Positions 1-8,689 of a DNA stretch of 19,263 bases are shown here, in pieces. The notes under the pieces were generated by a model. The model was not told where the DNA came from, did no database searches, and was given only the letters and a program-made list of their open reading frames with translations. Numbering within the stretch: position 1 is the stretch's first letter; the number at the start of each line of letters is the position of its first letter. The translations under genes were made by a program, and so were the position numbers. This DNA comes from Bacteriovoracaceae bacterium (GTDB lineage: Bacteria > Bdellovibrionota > Bacteriovoracia > Bacteriovoracales > Bacteriovoracaceae), in NCBI GenBank assembly GCA_041586955.1, contig JBFGZE010000070.1, positions 1-19,263 of the forward strand. Reading direction: 5' to 3'.

Positions 1-770
1 AGCGATGGGGTTCCAAAAGTATGAAGACCATTAATAAGTTCCTTTCCATTTTCCTGAATAAAACGAAGGGCACTGCCACTCATTCCCTTAAAGGTATCAC
101 AGCGATAAGTAATTTGCTCTTCAAGGGGCTCAATTGGGCACTTCACTTCCCACATACTCCCCGCCTCTTTATCTATAGGGTAACCGGTAATAATAACCTC
201 CTGCCCACTTTGAAGATTCGCATTATGGCCATATCCATGCCAGCCAATTTGATCCCCAATACGTCGTTCTAATTCTAATACCGCAAAATCATATTGGACT
301 TCACCAGAATTAATATAACCTTCTAATAGGTGGCCCTTAACCCAACGAACATTGCCATAAGGAGATTGGTCAATAGCAATACGGCCGGCACTAAAGCTCG
401 AGGATGTCAGCCATTTTTGATCTCCAAAATGATAAAGACAATGAGCTGCTGTCAGAATGTGAAAAGGTCCAATTAATGTTCCCGTACAAAGCGTATCAAT
501 TTGGCCGATAACTCGCAAAGGCCAGGAGCTGGTATTAAAGATTCTCCCCCTTTTATAATCTCCCAAAATTAGTTCTGAATTAAAATCAGAATAAAGATAT
601 TTTACAATGCCAATAAATCCCTCTTCATAAGTTTTTGAGGATTTATTCTCCTGATCAGGTAGTTTCAATTGATGTCGTTCGATCAAACCGTTGGGATAAA
701 AGGTAATTGTACTCATACTCAATATCTGAGATGAAAACCATAGGAAAATTAAAATCAACGCTACTTTCAT
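1..770 (-). CDS. Secreted trypsin-like (S1B, V8/glutamyl endopeptidase-like) serine protease; partial, 3' end runs off the window
   Basis: Not in the ORF track. Manual translation from ATG at 770: MKVALILIFLWFSSQILS (signal-like)...CTGTLIGPFHILTAAHCLY...YDFAVLEL...ITGYPIDK...CDTFKGMSGSAL...GLHTFG. His/Asp/Ser triad motifs are present and the frame stays open to the window edge. Confidence 0.9.
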   Translation of the reverse strand, partial: MKVALILIFLWFSSQILSMSTITFYPNGLIERHQLKLPDQENKSSKTYEEGFIGIVKYLYSDFNSELILGDYKRGRIFNTSSWPLRVIGQIDTLCTGTLIGPFHILTAAHCLYHFGDQKWLTSSSFSAGRIAIDQSPYGNVRWVKGHLLEGYINSGEVQYDFAVLELERRIGDQIGWHGYGHNANLQSGQEVIITGYPIDKEAGSMWEVKCPIEPLEEQITYRCDTFKGMSGSALRFIQENGKELINGLHTFGTPS

Positions 771-865
771 TTTAAATTCCTTTGTTGGGGGATGCTAAAA
801 TGTAACCCATTGACACTGAATCAAACAATATTTTTCCCCGCTTTTCCTAGGTTTTAATTTGGCGT

Positions 866-896
866 TATAATGAAGTAAATAATGTTTTCCAGGAGG
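866..896 (+). promoter_or_regulatory. Putative -10 box (TATAAT 866-871) and Shine-Dalgarno (AGGAGG 891-896) of the histone gene
   Basis: Perfect TATAAT and AGGAGG just before ATG ATG at 900/903; no correctly spaced -35 seen. Confidence 0.5.
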
Positions 897-899
897 ATT

Positions 900-1370
900 A
901 TGATGAGTCAAGAATGGCGAAAATGTAGCATTTGCAAGGCCAGCATCAAATTTGGTCAGATTTACCAGCAATGTAATGTCTCCACCTGTCGTAAAAATGC
1001 CTATTGCTCAGTTGACTGCTGGAGTGTTCATGTCCCTGTGCTCAATCATAAAAATGCCTGGGCAGAAGAAGAGCGAGCTCCAAAAGAGGGCCAAGAGGTT
1101 CGACCAAAAAGGCGAATTATCGTGACACCAAAAGCAGAAAATACCCCCATGGCCGACGAGAAGACCCATTTAAATAATCAGGACATTCCAAAAGATATTC
1201 TTGTCGTGGTATCTAAGCTCAAGGCCTATATCAAGGCCCGGTCAGATATGAATACCTCAGGAGAAGTTGCCGATAAATTATCCGATATAATCCGCCAGCA
1301 TGTTGACCAGGCAATCAACCAGGCCCGTCAAAGCGAGCGAATAACAGTCATGGCCAGAGACTTTAAATAA
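900..1370 (+). CDS. Bacterial histone with N-terminal ZZ-like zinc finger (Bd3044-like architecture)
   Basis: N-terminal C-x2-C-x12-C-x4-C-x5-C-x3-C-x3-H-x5-H. The C-terminal ILVVVSKLKAYIKARSDMNTSGEVADKLSDIIRQHVDQAINQARQSERITVMARDF closely resembles the Bdellovibrio histone Bd0055 as I recall it (LVVxSK..K..MNTS..RKTVMARD). Start moved from 882 to 900/903 because of the SD. Confidence 0.88.
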   Translation: MMSQEWRKCSICKASIKFGQIYQQCNVSTCRKNAYCSVDCWSVHVPVLNHKNAWAEEERAPKEGQEVRPKRRIIVTPKAENTPMADEKTHLNNQDIPKDILVVVSKLKAYIKARSDMNTSGEVADKLSDIIRQHVDQAINQARQSERITVMARDFK

Positions 1371-1392
1371 CAATTTCTATACAACCAATAAT

Positions 1393-1427
1393 TCACCTCA
1401 TCGGAACTTTATAACAGGATGAGGTGA
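1393..1427 (+). terminator. Hairpin downstream of the histone gene (possible terminator or 3' stabiliser)
   Basis: Perfect 10-bp inverted repeat TCACCTCATC / GATGAGGTGA with a 15-nt loop; no immediate U-tract. Confidence 0.5.
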
Positions 1428-1620
1428 TCTATTCGATATTTTTTCTACTAAAAAATATTATAACAGCACAGCGATTAATTTTCTGTGAACTCTCACGGGG
1501 TCTGAACTCTTTGCCAATTTTTTGAGTTCAACGATAAGATTATTTTTAATATGAACATAACTTCATCAGTAGAAAAAACAATGAGCAATGCATCTAATTA
1601 TTGGCCAAAGAACAATGTTT

Positions 1621-3087
1621 TCAATATTTCCTAAGGTGGTCAATTCCGGCGTACGAAATCCCTGATGGTTTTGCCATTTCCTTTTTCCAAGAAGTAATAT
1701 CATTGAGACTAAATTGACTGAGTTTATTATGGCCACAGGCTCGCGCCAAAACTTTCATTAATTGGGTGGAGTTTTTAAAGAAGTTCTCCAATTTCTTAGA
1801 TACCTTATCAATATTAATAATATTTTGGCTTGCTGGGTCTTGAGTCGCAACTCCTGCGGTGCCATTTTTTGTATGGCATATTCGTGCAGACATCCGGCCG
1901 ATTGTTTGCATTGCCGAATTGGAAAGGGCGATACCATCAGCTCCGAGACAAAGGGCCTTAACAAAATCAGCTGGAGTGCGCAGACCACCGGTTATGACTA
2001 AGGTAATATTATCTTGCCCCACGCTATTGAGGTAATGCCGAGCACGGGCCAAGGCCGGGATGGTGGGCATCAAAATATTATCGCGACAAATGAGAGGTGC
2101 GGTACCGACCCCTCCATCATCCCCATCCAAAATGATATAATCAGCACTGGCCGCAATGGCAAATTCCAAGTCCCTCTCTATATGCTGCGAGGATAATTTC
2201 AGACCAATTGGTATACCTCCCGATATTTCACGGACCCGATCGGCCATATATTTAAAGTTCTCGGGACTTTTTAAATCGAGGAGCATAGAGGGAGATATCG
2301 TACCTTCTCCAATAGGTCTATTGTGAGTCTTGGCAATTTTTCCCTTCACCTTTCCTCTTGGTAAATGCCCGGTCAATCCTGTATTGGCGGCCTGTCCACC
2401 GCTAAAATGAAAGGCCTGCACTTTAGTCAACAAATCTTCACTGAAATTAAACTTGGCGGATACCAATTCATAAAAATAAGGGCCATGTTCACTTTGCTCC
2501 TCTGGAAACATGGCCATATCTCCGGAGCATATCCCAGTACCGGCCAATTCAGCTCCACGTGTTAATGCAATTTTCAAATCTTGTGACAAAGTACTAAAGC
2601 TCATGTCTGGGACAATTAAGGGAATTTTGACCTCAACAGGTTTGCGCGCTCGTGGCCCTAATACCAGTTTCGTACACACCTGGTCATTCTTCCGTAAAGG
2701 CCGACGATAGGGTTGCCCCGTAATAATGTGAATATCATTCCACTTTAAAAGTGTTGACCCCGTCTCTCCTGTCAACGCAGGTTCTTCAAGTGTCGGACTT
2801 GCCTCTGGTGGCCGAGGTTGCTCTTTTTGAGTAGTTTCTTCTTCTTTCCCTAAACTGCGATGGGTCCCATCACAATAGGGAGCATTCTTTGTTTTTTTAC
2901 ACATACAAAGTGTGGCATATTCATCTTTTTTAACTAAAAATTTTTTGGGAGTCAGACCTGTTCCACGGTGCGACCCATCACAAAAGGGTTGTCCAGAAGA
3001 ACGACCACAAGCACACCAAAAATAGGTTTTATTTTCTTCTAATTTAACGTGAACAGGTTTTGAATCTGCGATTATTGACTTTTCCAT
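1621..3087 (-). CDS. Tandem CDGSH [2Fe-2S] domain fused to an FMN-binding glutamate synthase family domain with degenerate active-site motifs
   Basis: WCACGRSSGQPFCDGSH and LCMCKKTKNAPYCDGTH; glutamate-synthase-like segments DMSF, GHLP, GGIPIGLKL, DYIILDG, TGGLRT..DFVKAL.LGAD, GVATQD, LARACGH. Confidence 0.9.
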   Translation of the reverse strand: MEKSIIADSKPVHVKLEENKTYFWCACGRSSGQPFCDGSHRGTGLTPKKFLVKKDEYATLCMCKKTKNAPYCDGTHRSLGKEEETTQKEQPRPPEASPTLEEPALTGETGSTLLKWNDIHIITGQPYRRPLRKNDQVCTKLVLGPRARKPVEVKIPLIVPDMSFSTLSQDLKIALTRGAELAGTGICSGDMAMFPEEQSEHGPYFYELVSAKFNFSEDLLTKVQAFHFSGGQAANTGLTGHLPRGKVKGKIAKTHNRPIGEGTISPSMLLDLKSPENFKYMADRVREISGGIPIGLKLSSQHIERDLEFAIAASADYIILDGDDGGVGTAPLICRDNILMPTIPALARARHYLNSVGQDNITLVITGGLRTPADFVKALCLGADGIALSNSAMQTIGRMSARICHTKNGTAGVATQDPASQNIINIDKVSKKLENFFKNSTQLMKVLARACGHNKLSQFSLNDITSWKKEMAKPSGISYAGIDHLRKY

Positions 3088-3205
3088 AATTAAGCACCTC
3101 TCCCCTAATAATTTATATAAAAAGAACCAAATAAATAAATGGAAATAGATTTGAATAGAAGTGATTCCTATTACACAAGGCCCATTTTAAATGCATAGAG
3201 AATAA

Positions 3206-3637
3206 TCACTTCAGGACAGATTTCAACATCCATATTTCCTTTTCTAAAACTGTCATTTGTTCCTGGCAATAGCTTGAAGTAATATCATCACAATCTTCCA
3301 TTTGAGTAATTTCTCGGAATCGAGCGTGAAAAGAGATATAATCTTCAAGCAAATGCTTCATCACGTAATGAGCAGTAATTTCACAATGATCATCCTCCTT
3401 AATCGTGGCCTTTTCTAAGCAACTTTTAAGAGTAATGAGAGGTTTCCCTCCTAATTGCAAAATTCGCTCAGCAATATCATCATATATTCCTCCAAAATAT
3501 TGATACATTTCTTCTGTTTTCGCATGCAAAGCATAAAACTGCATTCCCCTTATATTCCAATGGTAATTATGAATTTTGGCAAAGGTCACCAATGAATTGG
3601 CCAAGATAACATTCATATTATCGATTAATCGTTCCAT
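3206..3637 (-). CDS. dps: Dps family ferritin-like DNA starvation/stationary phase protection protein
   Basis: HNYHWNIRG.QFYALH...DDIAERILQLGGKP...LEKEIWML. Start placed at ATG 3637 (MERL, 143 aa), preceded by GGAGG. Confidence 0.95.
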   Translation of the reverse strand: MERLIDNMNVILANSLVTFAKIHNYHWNIRGMQFYALHAKTEEMYQYFGGIYDDIAERILQLGGKPLITLKSCLEKATIKEDDHCEITAHYVMKHLLEDYISFHARFREITQMEDCDDITSSYCQEQMTVLEKEIWMLKSVLK

Positions 3638-4264
3638 AAATATCCTCCAAATAATGACAAAAAATGAGGTTGGCATTGCCTCAGGCAACAAGCAAATTGA
3701 TTATTTCTATATACACATTGAAATAATTCGGTTGCGGAATGATCCATATATAAAAATGAAATGGGCCTCGACATAAGATTAAGTGAATATGTACTCTCGT
3801 AGATAGATATCGTCCCTTTTAAAGAGGTGGCTTCATTTATCGAAAACACTCAGCAGGACCTCATCAACATTATCAATTTAAATACGACAAATGGTAAAGA
3901 AAACTTATCTTATTAAGCAATCGAGAGAAGATAACAACCCTTGGTAGGACAAGTGTAATAATAAGGGCAATAAGGGGCTTAACGACAGACAAAAGCTTTA
4001 CTTCAGTTATGCAGTTTAGATGTAAGATAACATCAGTCGCCTGTGACAAACCTAAACAAACTATTGAACCCAATTTTCCAAGCTGGTATAATGGCAGCAC
4101 TCAGGAGGCCAATAAATGGATGCTTCCCAGAATCATTCTACGATATATATCCCTTTCGAGAAGACTACTCGAAGCTTATTTAATCTCATTAAAAACATTT
4201 TTTCGGCCTCATTAGCAAGTACGTTTTTTCCATTTAAGTGATTTTTTCTTTTAAAGGAGGAATT

Positions 4265-4723
4265 ATGAAAATACAGAATTTATTTCTATCGGCCATTGTC
4301 TCTTTGCTCTTGGCCTGGCCAACGTATGCATCTATGGGACAATTTGTAGGAACTTGGGTCAATGTCAACTCTAATACAAAGGGCATTACCAAAATAGTGA
4401 TTCAAAAAATCGGTAATAAAATGAGAATTCAAACGTGGGGCCAATGCCATCCCACTGATTGTAACTGGGGTAAACGTCTATCAATCCCCTATGCAAAAAA
4501 TGTATCTCAGAACCTTGTCAATAATACAATTGCCCTTACTGCTATGTATAAACCCGGATTCGCTAACAAACTACTCGTGATTAAAAGAGCTGGTACAAGA
4601 CTTCATGTGCAATCTTTTACCCAATTTACAGACAATAGCGGTCGCTCAAATTACTCTCAAGTTTACCGCTTTAAAAAATTAAGACGTATAATTCCCATCC
4701 CCCTTCCCATTATTCCGAGATAG
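4265..4723 (+). CDS. Secreted protein of unknown function (beta-rich, WGxCHPTDCxWG motif)
   Basis: AAGGAGG SD before ATG 4265; signal peptide ending TYA; FVGTWVN..NTKGITKIVI..WGQCHPTDCNWG..DNSGRSNY; followed by a terminator-like hairpin. Confidence 0.8.
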   Translation: MKIQNLFLSAIVSLLLAWPTYASMGQFVGTWVNVNSNTKGITKIVIQKIGNKMRIQTWGQCHPTDCNWGKRLSIPYAKNVSQNLVNNTIALTAMYKPGFANKLLVIKRAGTRLHVQSFTQFTDNSGRSNYSQVYRFKKLRRIIPIPLPIIPR

Positions 4724-4739
4724 GAATTAAAGCGTAAAC

Positions 4740-4788
4740 CAACAGGCTAATGAGTGAAGATCTTTTCTCATTAGTCTGTTGTCTTTTC
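4740..4788 (+). terminator. Probable intrinsic terminator
   Basis: CAACAGGCTAATGAG / CTCATTAGTCTGTTG 15-bp stem (one G-U pair) followed by TCTTTT, starting 17 nt after the stop. Confidence 0.7.
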
Positions 4789-4829
4789 CTTCACGCAAAT
4801 TGTTCCTTTTCAAAAATATAAGTTTTTTA

Positions 4830-4858
4830 TTGACCCAAATTTTGAAAAAGAATATGAT
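4830..4858 (+). promoter_or_regulatory. Sigma70-type promoter for the Spy/CpxP-like gene
   Basis: TTGACC-N17-TATGAT, each box matching consensus at 5/6. Confidence 0.6.
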
Positions 4859-4963
4859 CCCCCACACAGCTTAAATACTCAGATACTTAATTTAAATTAA
4901 GTGCATTTCTTTTTTCGATTTTATAAACGTTAGTTCAGTTAATATTAATTCACTTAGGAGGAA

Positions 4964-5464
4964 ATGATGAAGTTATTACTTTCTGGAATTCTTTTGTCTT
5001 TTTGCGCGACTAATTCTTTCGCCAATTTTTGGGTAAACGATTTAGAATTTTCAATGCTGACGGAGGCAAAGCATAAAAAATGCCATGGCCTAAAAATGGG
5101 AATTGATCAACAAAACTCCATTCAAGACTTACGTGTTCAAACTAAAAAACAAATTAACCTTTTAAAGGCGGAAATTAAAAACGCCCGTATTGATCATCGT
5201 TTAGTCCTACGGGACAAAATGTCAACTAAAGATCAGGCCGAAGCAACAATCAAAATGCTTCATGATAAAAGAATGGAAATGCTGGCCTTAAAAAGCAATA
5301 CAAAATTGGCCATTCAATATGACATTCTTTCACCAGATCAAAGAATCACCATGATGAAGTGTCGTAAAAAAATGCGCCGCCACAATATGATGAGAAGACG
5401 AGGCCATCGTGGCCAGGGCTTTCACCATGGCCAGCGTCGTCACCGAGGCTCCCGTCCACGTTAA
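4964..5464 (+). CDS. Periplasmic Spy/CpxP/ZraP-like helical protein with Arg/His-rich C-terminal tail
   Basis: Signal peptide (..NSFA), predicted helical body, ILSPDQR (LTxxQ-type motif). AGGAGG at 4956-4961 favours the second ATG at 4967. Confidence 0.7.
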   Translation: MMKLLLSGILLSFCATNSFANFWVNDLEFSMLTEAKHKKCHGLKMGIDQQNSIQDLRVQTKKQINLLKAEIKNARIDHRLVLRDKMSTKDQAEATIKMLHDKRMEMLALKSNTKLAIQYDILSPDQRITMMKCRKKMRRHNMMRRRGHRGQGFHHGQRRHRGSRPR

Positions 5465-5486
5465 ATATGGATCGAATTTTTAATCT

Positions 5487-5511
5487 AAAAGGAGGCCCTG
5501 CCTCCTTTTTT
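5487..5511 (+). terminator. Rho-independent terminator
   Basis: AAAAGGAGGC-CCT-GCCTCCTTTTTT, a GC stem followed by a U-tract. Confidence 0.88.
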
Positions 5512-5619
5512 ATGCTTAAGTCTCTAATATGATGAAAATCACTCCCTGGCCCGGCAAAAGATTATTTGCAAAATAGAGTATAAAAATATAGCTTTGATAT
5601 TTTTAATATCAGGCACAAA

Positions 5620-6525
5620 ATGAAATACTTTTTATTATTTATTTTATTGATCCCTTTTTCCATAAAGGCCGAAGATAAGTCAGTTTATGGTGAGGATAAT
5701 AGACGCGATCTTACAGAAGTTAGAAACCCACTCTACCAAAGCTGGGCCAAATCTGTTGCCGCCATGATTTCCACGAACTATCTCTTTGAAGAGGCCAACC
5801 ATTACCGCATCAAAGCAAAAATGTTATCGCAACATGGCATTTGTGAATATGAAAGGTTTTCTCGCCAAATCACTGCTGCAGATTGTTCCGGATTTTTAAT
5901 AGACAAGGACCTTATCGTCACCGCCGGCCATTGCATGACAAAAGTAAGCGATTGCCAAAATTGGAAATGGGTTTTTGATTATAAGGCAAGCAGTCAATAT
6001 AAAATAGGACGCCGCCTAAAAGTTCGTAAGCAAAATGTTTATAAATGCAAAGAGGTCGTGACAAGTATTTTAAAAAATGGCAAATTGACTAACGACTACG
6101 CAATTATCCGCCTTGATCGTCCTGTTCTCGACCGAAGTCCTTTAAAAGTAAGAGAGACGGGAAAGATTGAACGCAATACCCCTCTTGTGATTATGGGTTT
6201 TCCCTCTGGGCTACCTTTAAAAGTCGCTGATAATGCTACTGCCATTGATATTAATCCAAAAACCTATTTCGTGGCCAATACCGATTCTTTTGGTGGCAAT
6301 TCCGGTGCACCAGTTTTTAACGAAGAAACTGGCCTAGTAGAAGGGATTCTAGTCCGTGGTGGCGAAGATTATCATTACGAAAAAAGAGGCAAAAAGCGTT
6401 GCCTCGTTCCTACCATTTGTGACTCCCAAGATCATTGTGAAGGTGAGTCCATTACTCGTATTACAGAAATTATCCCACATCTCCCCTTTACCTCAAAGCA
6501 AGGCTTCAGGACGCAGCGCAACTAA
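5620..6525 (+). CDS. Secreted trypsin-like (S1) serine protease
   Basis: Signal peptide, VYGEDNR, CSGFLI..TAGHC, NDYAIIRLDR, DSFGGNSGAPVF; triad intact. Confidence 0.93.
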   Translation: MKYFLLFILLIPFSIKAEDKSVYGEDNRRDLTEVRNPLYQSWAKSVAAMISTNYLFEEANHYRIKAKMLSQHGICEYERFSRQITAADCSGFLIDKDLIVTAGHCMTKVSDCQNWKWVFDYKASSQYKIGRRLKVRKQNVYKCKEVVTSILKNGKLTNDYAIIRLDRPVLDRSPLKVRETGKIERNTPLVIMGFPSGLPLKVADNATAIDINPKTYFVANTDSFGGNSGAPVFNEETGLVEGILVRGGEDYHYEKRGKKRCLVPTICDSQDHCEGESITRITEIIPHLPFTSKQGFRTQRN

Positions 6526-6605
6526 TAATATTTTTAGTAATCTGCTATAAAGAAATTGAGTTGTATTGAATCGTCAAAAACTCCGCAATCAACCAAGGTC
6601 TGAGG

Positions 6606-7928
6606 ATGAATAGCTATAAGAATTTATTTCTAGCTTTTATTTTGGCCGTCTTTTTCATGATCCCTGCCCTGCTGGGAGGAGAACCAACGAATTCTCGAAT
6701 TGTGCAAAAAATTATATTAATGGAAATTAATTCTTCCATTAATCCAGCAACGCTGAGCTATTTAAATGCAGGTTATGACAAAGCAGAAAAAGAGTCCTTT
6801 GACATGGTTCTCATTAAAATTAATACTCCTGGTGGCCTCGTTTCAATAACCAAAGAAATCCTCACTCTATTCGGGCAGGCAAATGCACCAACTGTGGTTT
6901 GGGTAACGCCAGAAGGGGCATCAGCGACAAGTGCGGGGGCCCTTATTGCAGCAGGTGCCCATATTTTATACATGTCTCACGGGACGAATATAGGGGCCGC
7001 GACTCCCATTCAATTGGGAAAAGATATCAACTCCAAAGACCTTCGAAAAAAAGCGATCAATGACCTTGTTGCTTTAGTTCGGTCACTTTCAAATGCCCGT
7101 GGAAGAAATGGAGAATTCTTTGCAAAAATGATTGAAGATGCCGCTTCATTTGAAGCAAAGGACGCCCTTAAAAAGGGTCTCATCAATAATATCATCAATA
7201 CAGAAGCGGAATTATTGCAAGATATAGATGGTAGAGAAATCTCTATTATTGGACAAAAAGTTCAACTCCAAACACAGACACCGAATATCGTGTTTTTTGG
7301 CATGGATTTCGGTCAAAAAGTCCTCGACATCTTTGCTAATCCAACGATGGCCTACCTTTTTTTCATTATTGGTGCTGCTTTGGTTTATTTAGAATTGCAG
7401 GCCCCGGGAGGATTTATTGCAGGGGGAATCGGGGTTTTATGTTTATTGCTCGCAGGTATTGGATTTCAAGTTCTTCCGCTTAACTTCGGAGCTTTAGGTT
7501 TAATTATACTTTCTTTTATACTCTTTATCCTAGAGGCCTATATTGTCAGCTATGGTATACTTTCACTCGCAGGATTAATTTCCCTTATATTTGGTTCCCT
7601 CTTTTTATTTCGAACCGATAACGCCTACCTTCAGTTGAGTAATACACTTATTTTTTCTGCCGCCGGTGCTATTGGCCTATTTATCGGATTCATAGGTATT
7701 TATTGGTTTTATGATGCTAAAAATAAAAAGGTCAAACTATTTTATGACCTTAAGGGTAAATCGGGGACCATTGTTAAGTTTCTAGGAGGTCCTCATGATG
7801 GCATCTATCATTATCATATTAAAGTAACTGGAGAAATTTGGCGTGCAGAGTCTGCGACAAAATATGAAGTGAATGATGAATGCTCTATTATATCTCAGGA
7901 CAATGAGAAAATGCATCTCAATATCTAA
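6606..7928 (+). CDS. nfeD: NfeD family membrane-bound serine protease (ClpP-like domain, TM domain, C-terminal OB fold)
   Basis: INTPGG, ATSAGA (catalytic Ser), [15 protein letters not shown] (catalytic Lys region), LELQAPG TM block, [10 protein letters not shown]-fold motif; directly upstream of a stomatin gene. Confidence 0.93.
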   Translation: MNSYKNLFLAFILAVFFMIPALLGGEPTNSRIVQKIILMEINSSINPATLSYLNAGYDKAEKESFDMVLIKINTPGGLVSITKEILTLFGQANAPTVVWVTPEGASATSAGALIAAGAHILYMSHGTNIGAATPIQLGKDINSKDLRKKAINDLVALVRSLSNARGRNGEFFAKMIEDAASFEAKDALKKGLINNIINTEAELLQDIDGREISIIGQKVQLQTQTPNIVFFGMDFGQKVLDIFANPTMAYLFFIIGAALVYLELQAPGGFIAGGIGVLCLLLAGIGFQVLPLNFGALGLIILSFILFILEAYIVSYGILSLAGLISLIFGSLFLFRTDNAYLQLSNTLIFSAAGAIGLFIGFIGIYWFYDAKNKKVKLFYDLKGKSGTIVKFLGGPHDGIYHYHIKVTGEIWRAESATKYEVNDECSIISQDNEKMHLNI

Positions 7929-7939
7929 GGGAGTCTAAT

Positions 7940-8674
7940 ATGAATATTGCGATGATTCCATTTATAGTCATCTTAGTTATACTTTTATTTAATACAATCA
8001 AAATTCTTAACGAATATGAGCGTGCAGTCGTTTTTAGACTAGGTCGCTTTACCGGAATAAGAGGCCCCGGCCTGATCATTCTCATACCGGGTATTGAAAA
8101 AATGCGCCGTATAGATCTAAGAACCGTCACAATGGATATTCCCTCTCAAGACATAATCTCTAAAGATAACGTTACATTAAAAGTTAATGGTGTCGTTTAT
8201 TTTCGAGTCAATAATCCTGAGAAAGCAATTATTGCCGTTGAAGATTTTTTAACTGCGACCGGACAAATTTCACAAACAACCCTTCGCTCTGTCATCGGTC
8301 AGTTTGAACTTGATGAAATCTTATCGCAAAGAGATATGATTAATAATCAATTGCAAAGCATCCTTGATGAACAAACTGAACCCTGGGGAATTAAAGTTTC
8401 AGCTGTAGAAGTTAAGGCCATTGATTTGCCAATCGAAATGCAAAGAGCAATGGCCAAACAAGCAGAGGCAGAAAGAAACAAACGCGCCAAAGTGATTTCT
8501 GCGGAAGGAGAATTAATGGCAGCCGTTAAATTATCTGAGGCCGCTCATATACTTGACCGAGAGAAAAATGCCATTGTCTTGAGATATCTAGATACAATGA
8601 AAGAAATCTCAATCGGTACGGGCAAATCCACCACCTTTTTCCCTCTACCCATTAACTTCCTTAATAATAATTAA
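7940..8674 (+). CDS. SPFH/band 7 stomatin-like (slipin) protein
   Basis: N-terminal [66 protein letters not shown]; 11 nt after nfeD with a GGGAG SD. Confidence 0.96.
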   Translation: MNIAMIPFIVILVILLFNTIKILNEYERAVVFRLGRFTGIRGPGLIILIPGIEKMRRIDLRTVTMDIPSQDIISKDNVTLKVNGVVYFRVNNPEKAIIAVEDFLTATGQISQTTLRSVIGQFELDEILSQRDMINNQLQSILDEQTEPWGIKVSAVEVKAIDLPIEMQRAMAKQAEAERNKRAKVISAEGELMAAVKLSEAAHILDREKNAIVLRYLDTMKEISIGTGKSTTFFPLPINFLNNN

Positions 8675-8689
8675 ATGAGTCATTATTCT

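Noticed and set aside
21..272. 83-aa plus-strand ORF
   Set aside because: Antisense to the clear minus-strand serine protease (1-770).
810..815. Perfect TTGACA as the -35 of the histone gene
   Set aside because: It is 50 nt from TATAAT at 866, and there is no -10 at the 16-18 nt spacing.
1149..1370. Internal ATG (MADEK...) giving a histone-only isoform
   Set aside because: In frame, but there is no credible SD upstream; unsupported without proteomics.
1758..2710. Five short ORFs (60-79 aa) inside the glutamate-synthase-like gene
   Set aside because: Shadow or alternate-frame ORFs with no recognisable motifs.
900..3637. Histone plus Dps as a nucleoid-protein cluster
   Set aside because: Opposite strands, separated by another gene; proximity alone is not evidence.
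3576..4215. Short ORFs 3576-3776, 3625-3849, 3873-4100 and 4009-4215 as real genes
   Set aside because: They overlap dps or each other and have no convincing SD or recognisable family; kept only as an unexplained region.
6356..8130. Short ORFs overlapping the protease, nfeD and stomatin genes
   Set aside because: Alternate-frame or antisense shadows of well-supported genes.
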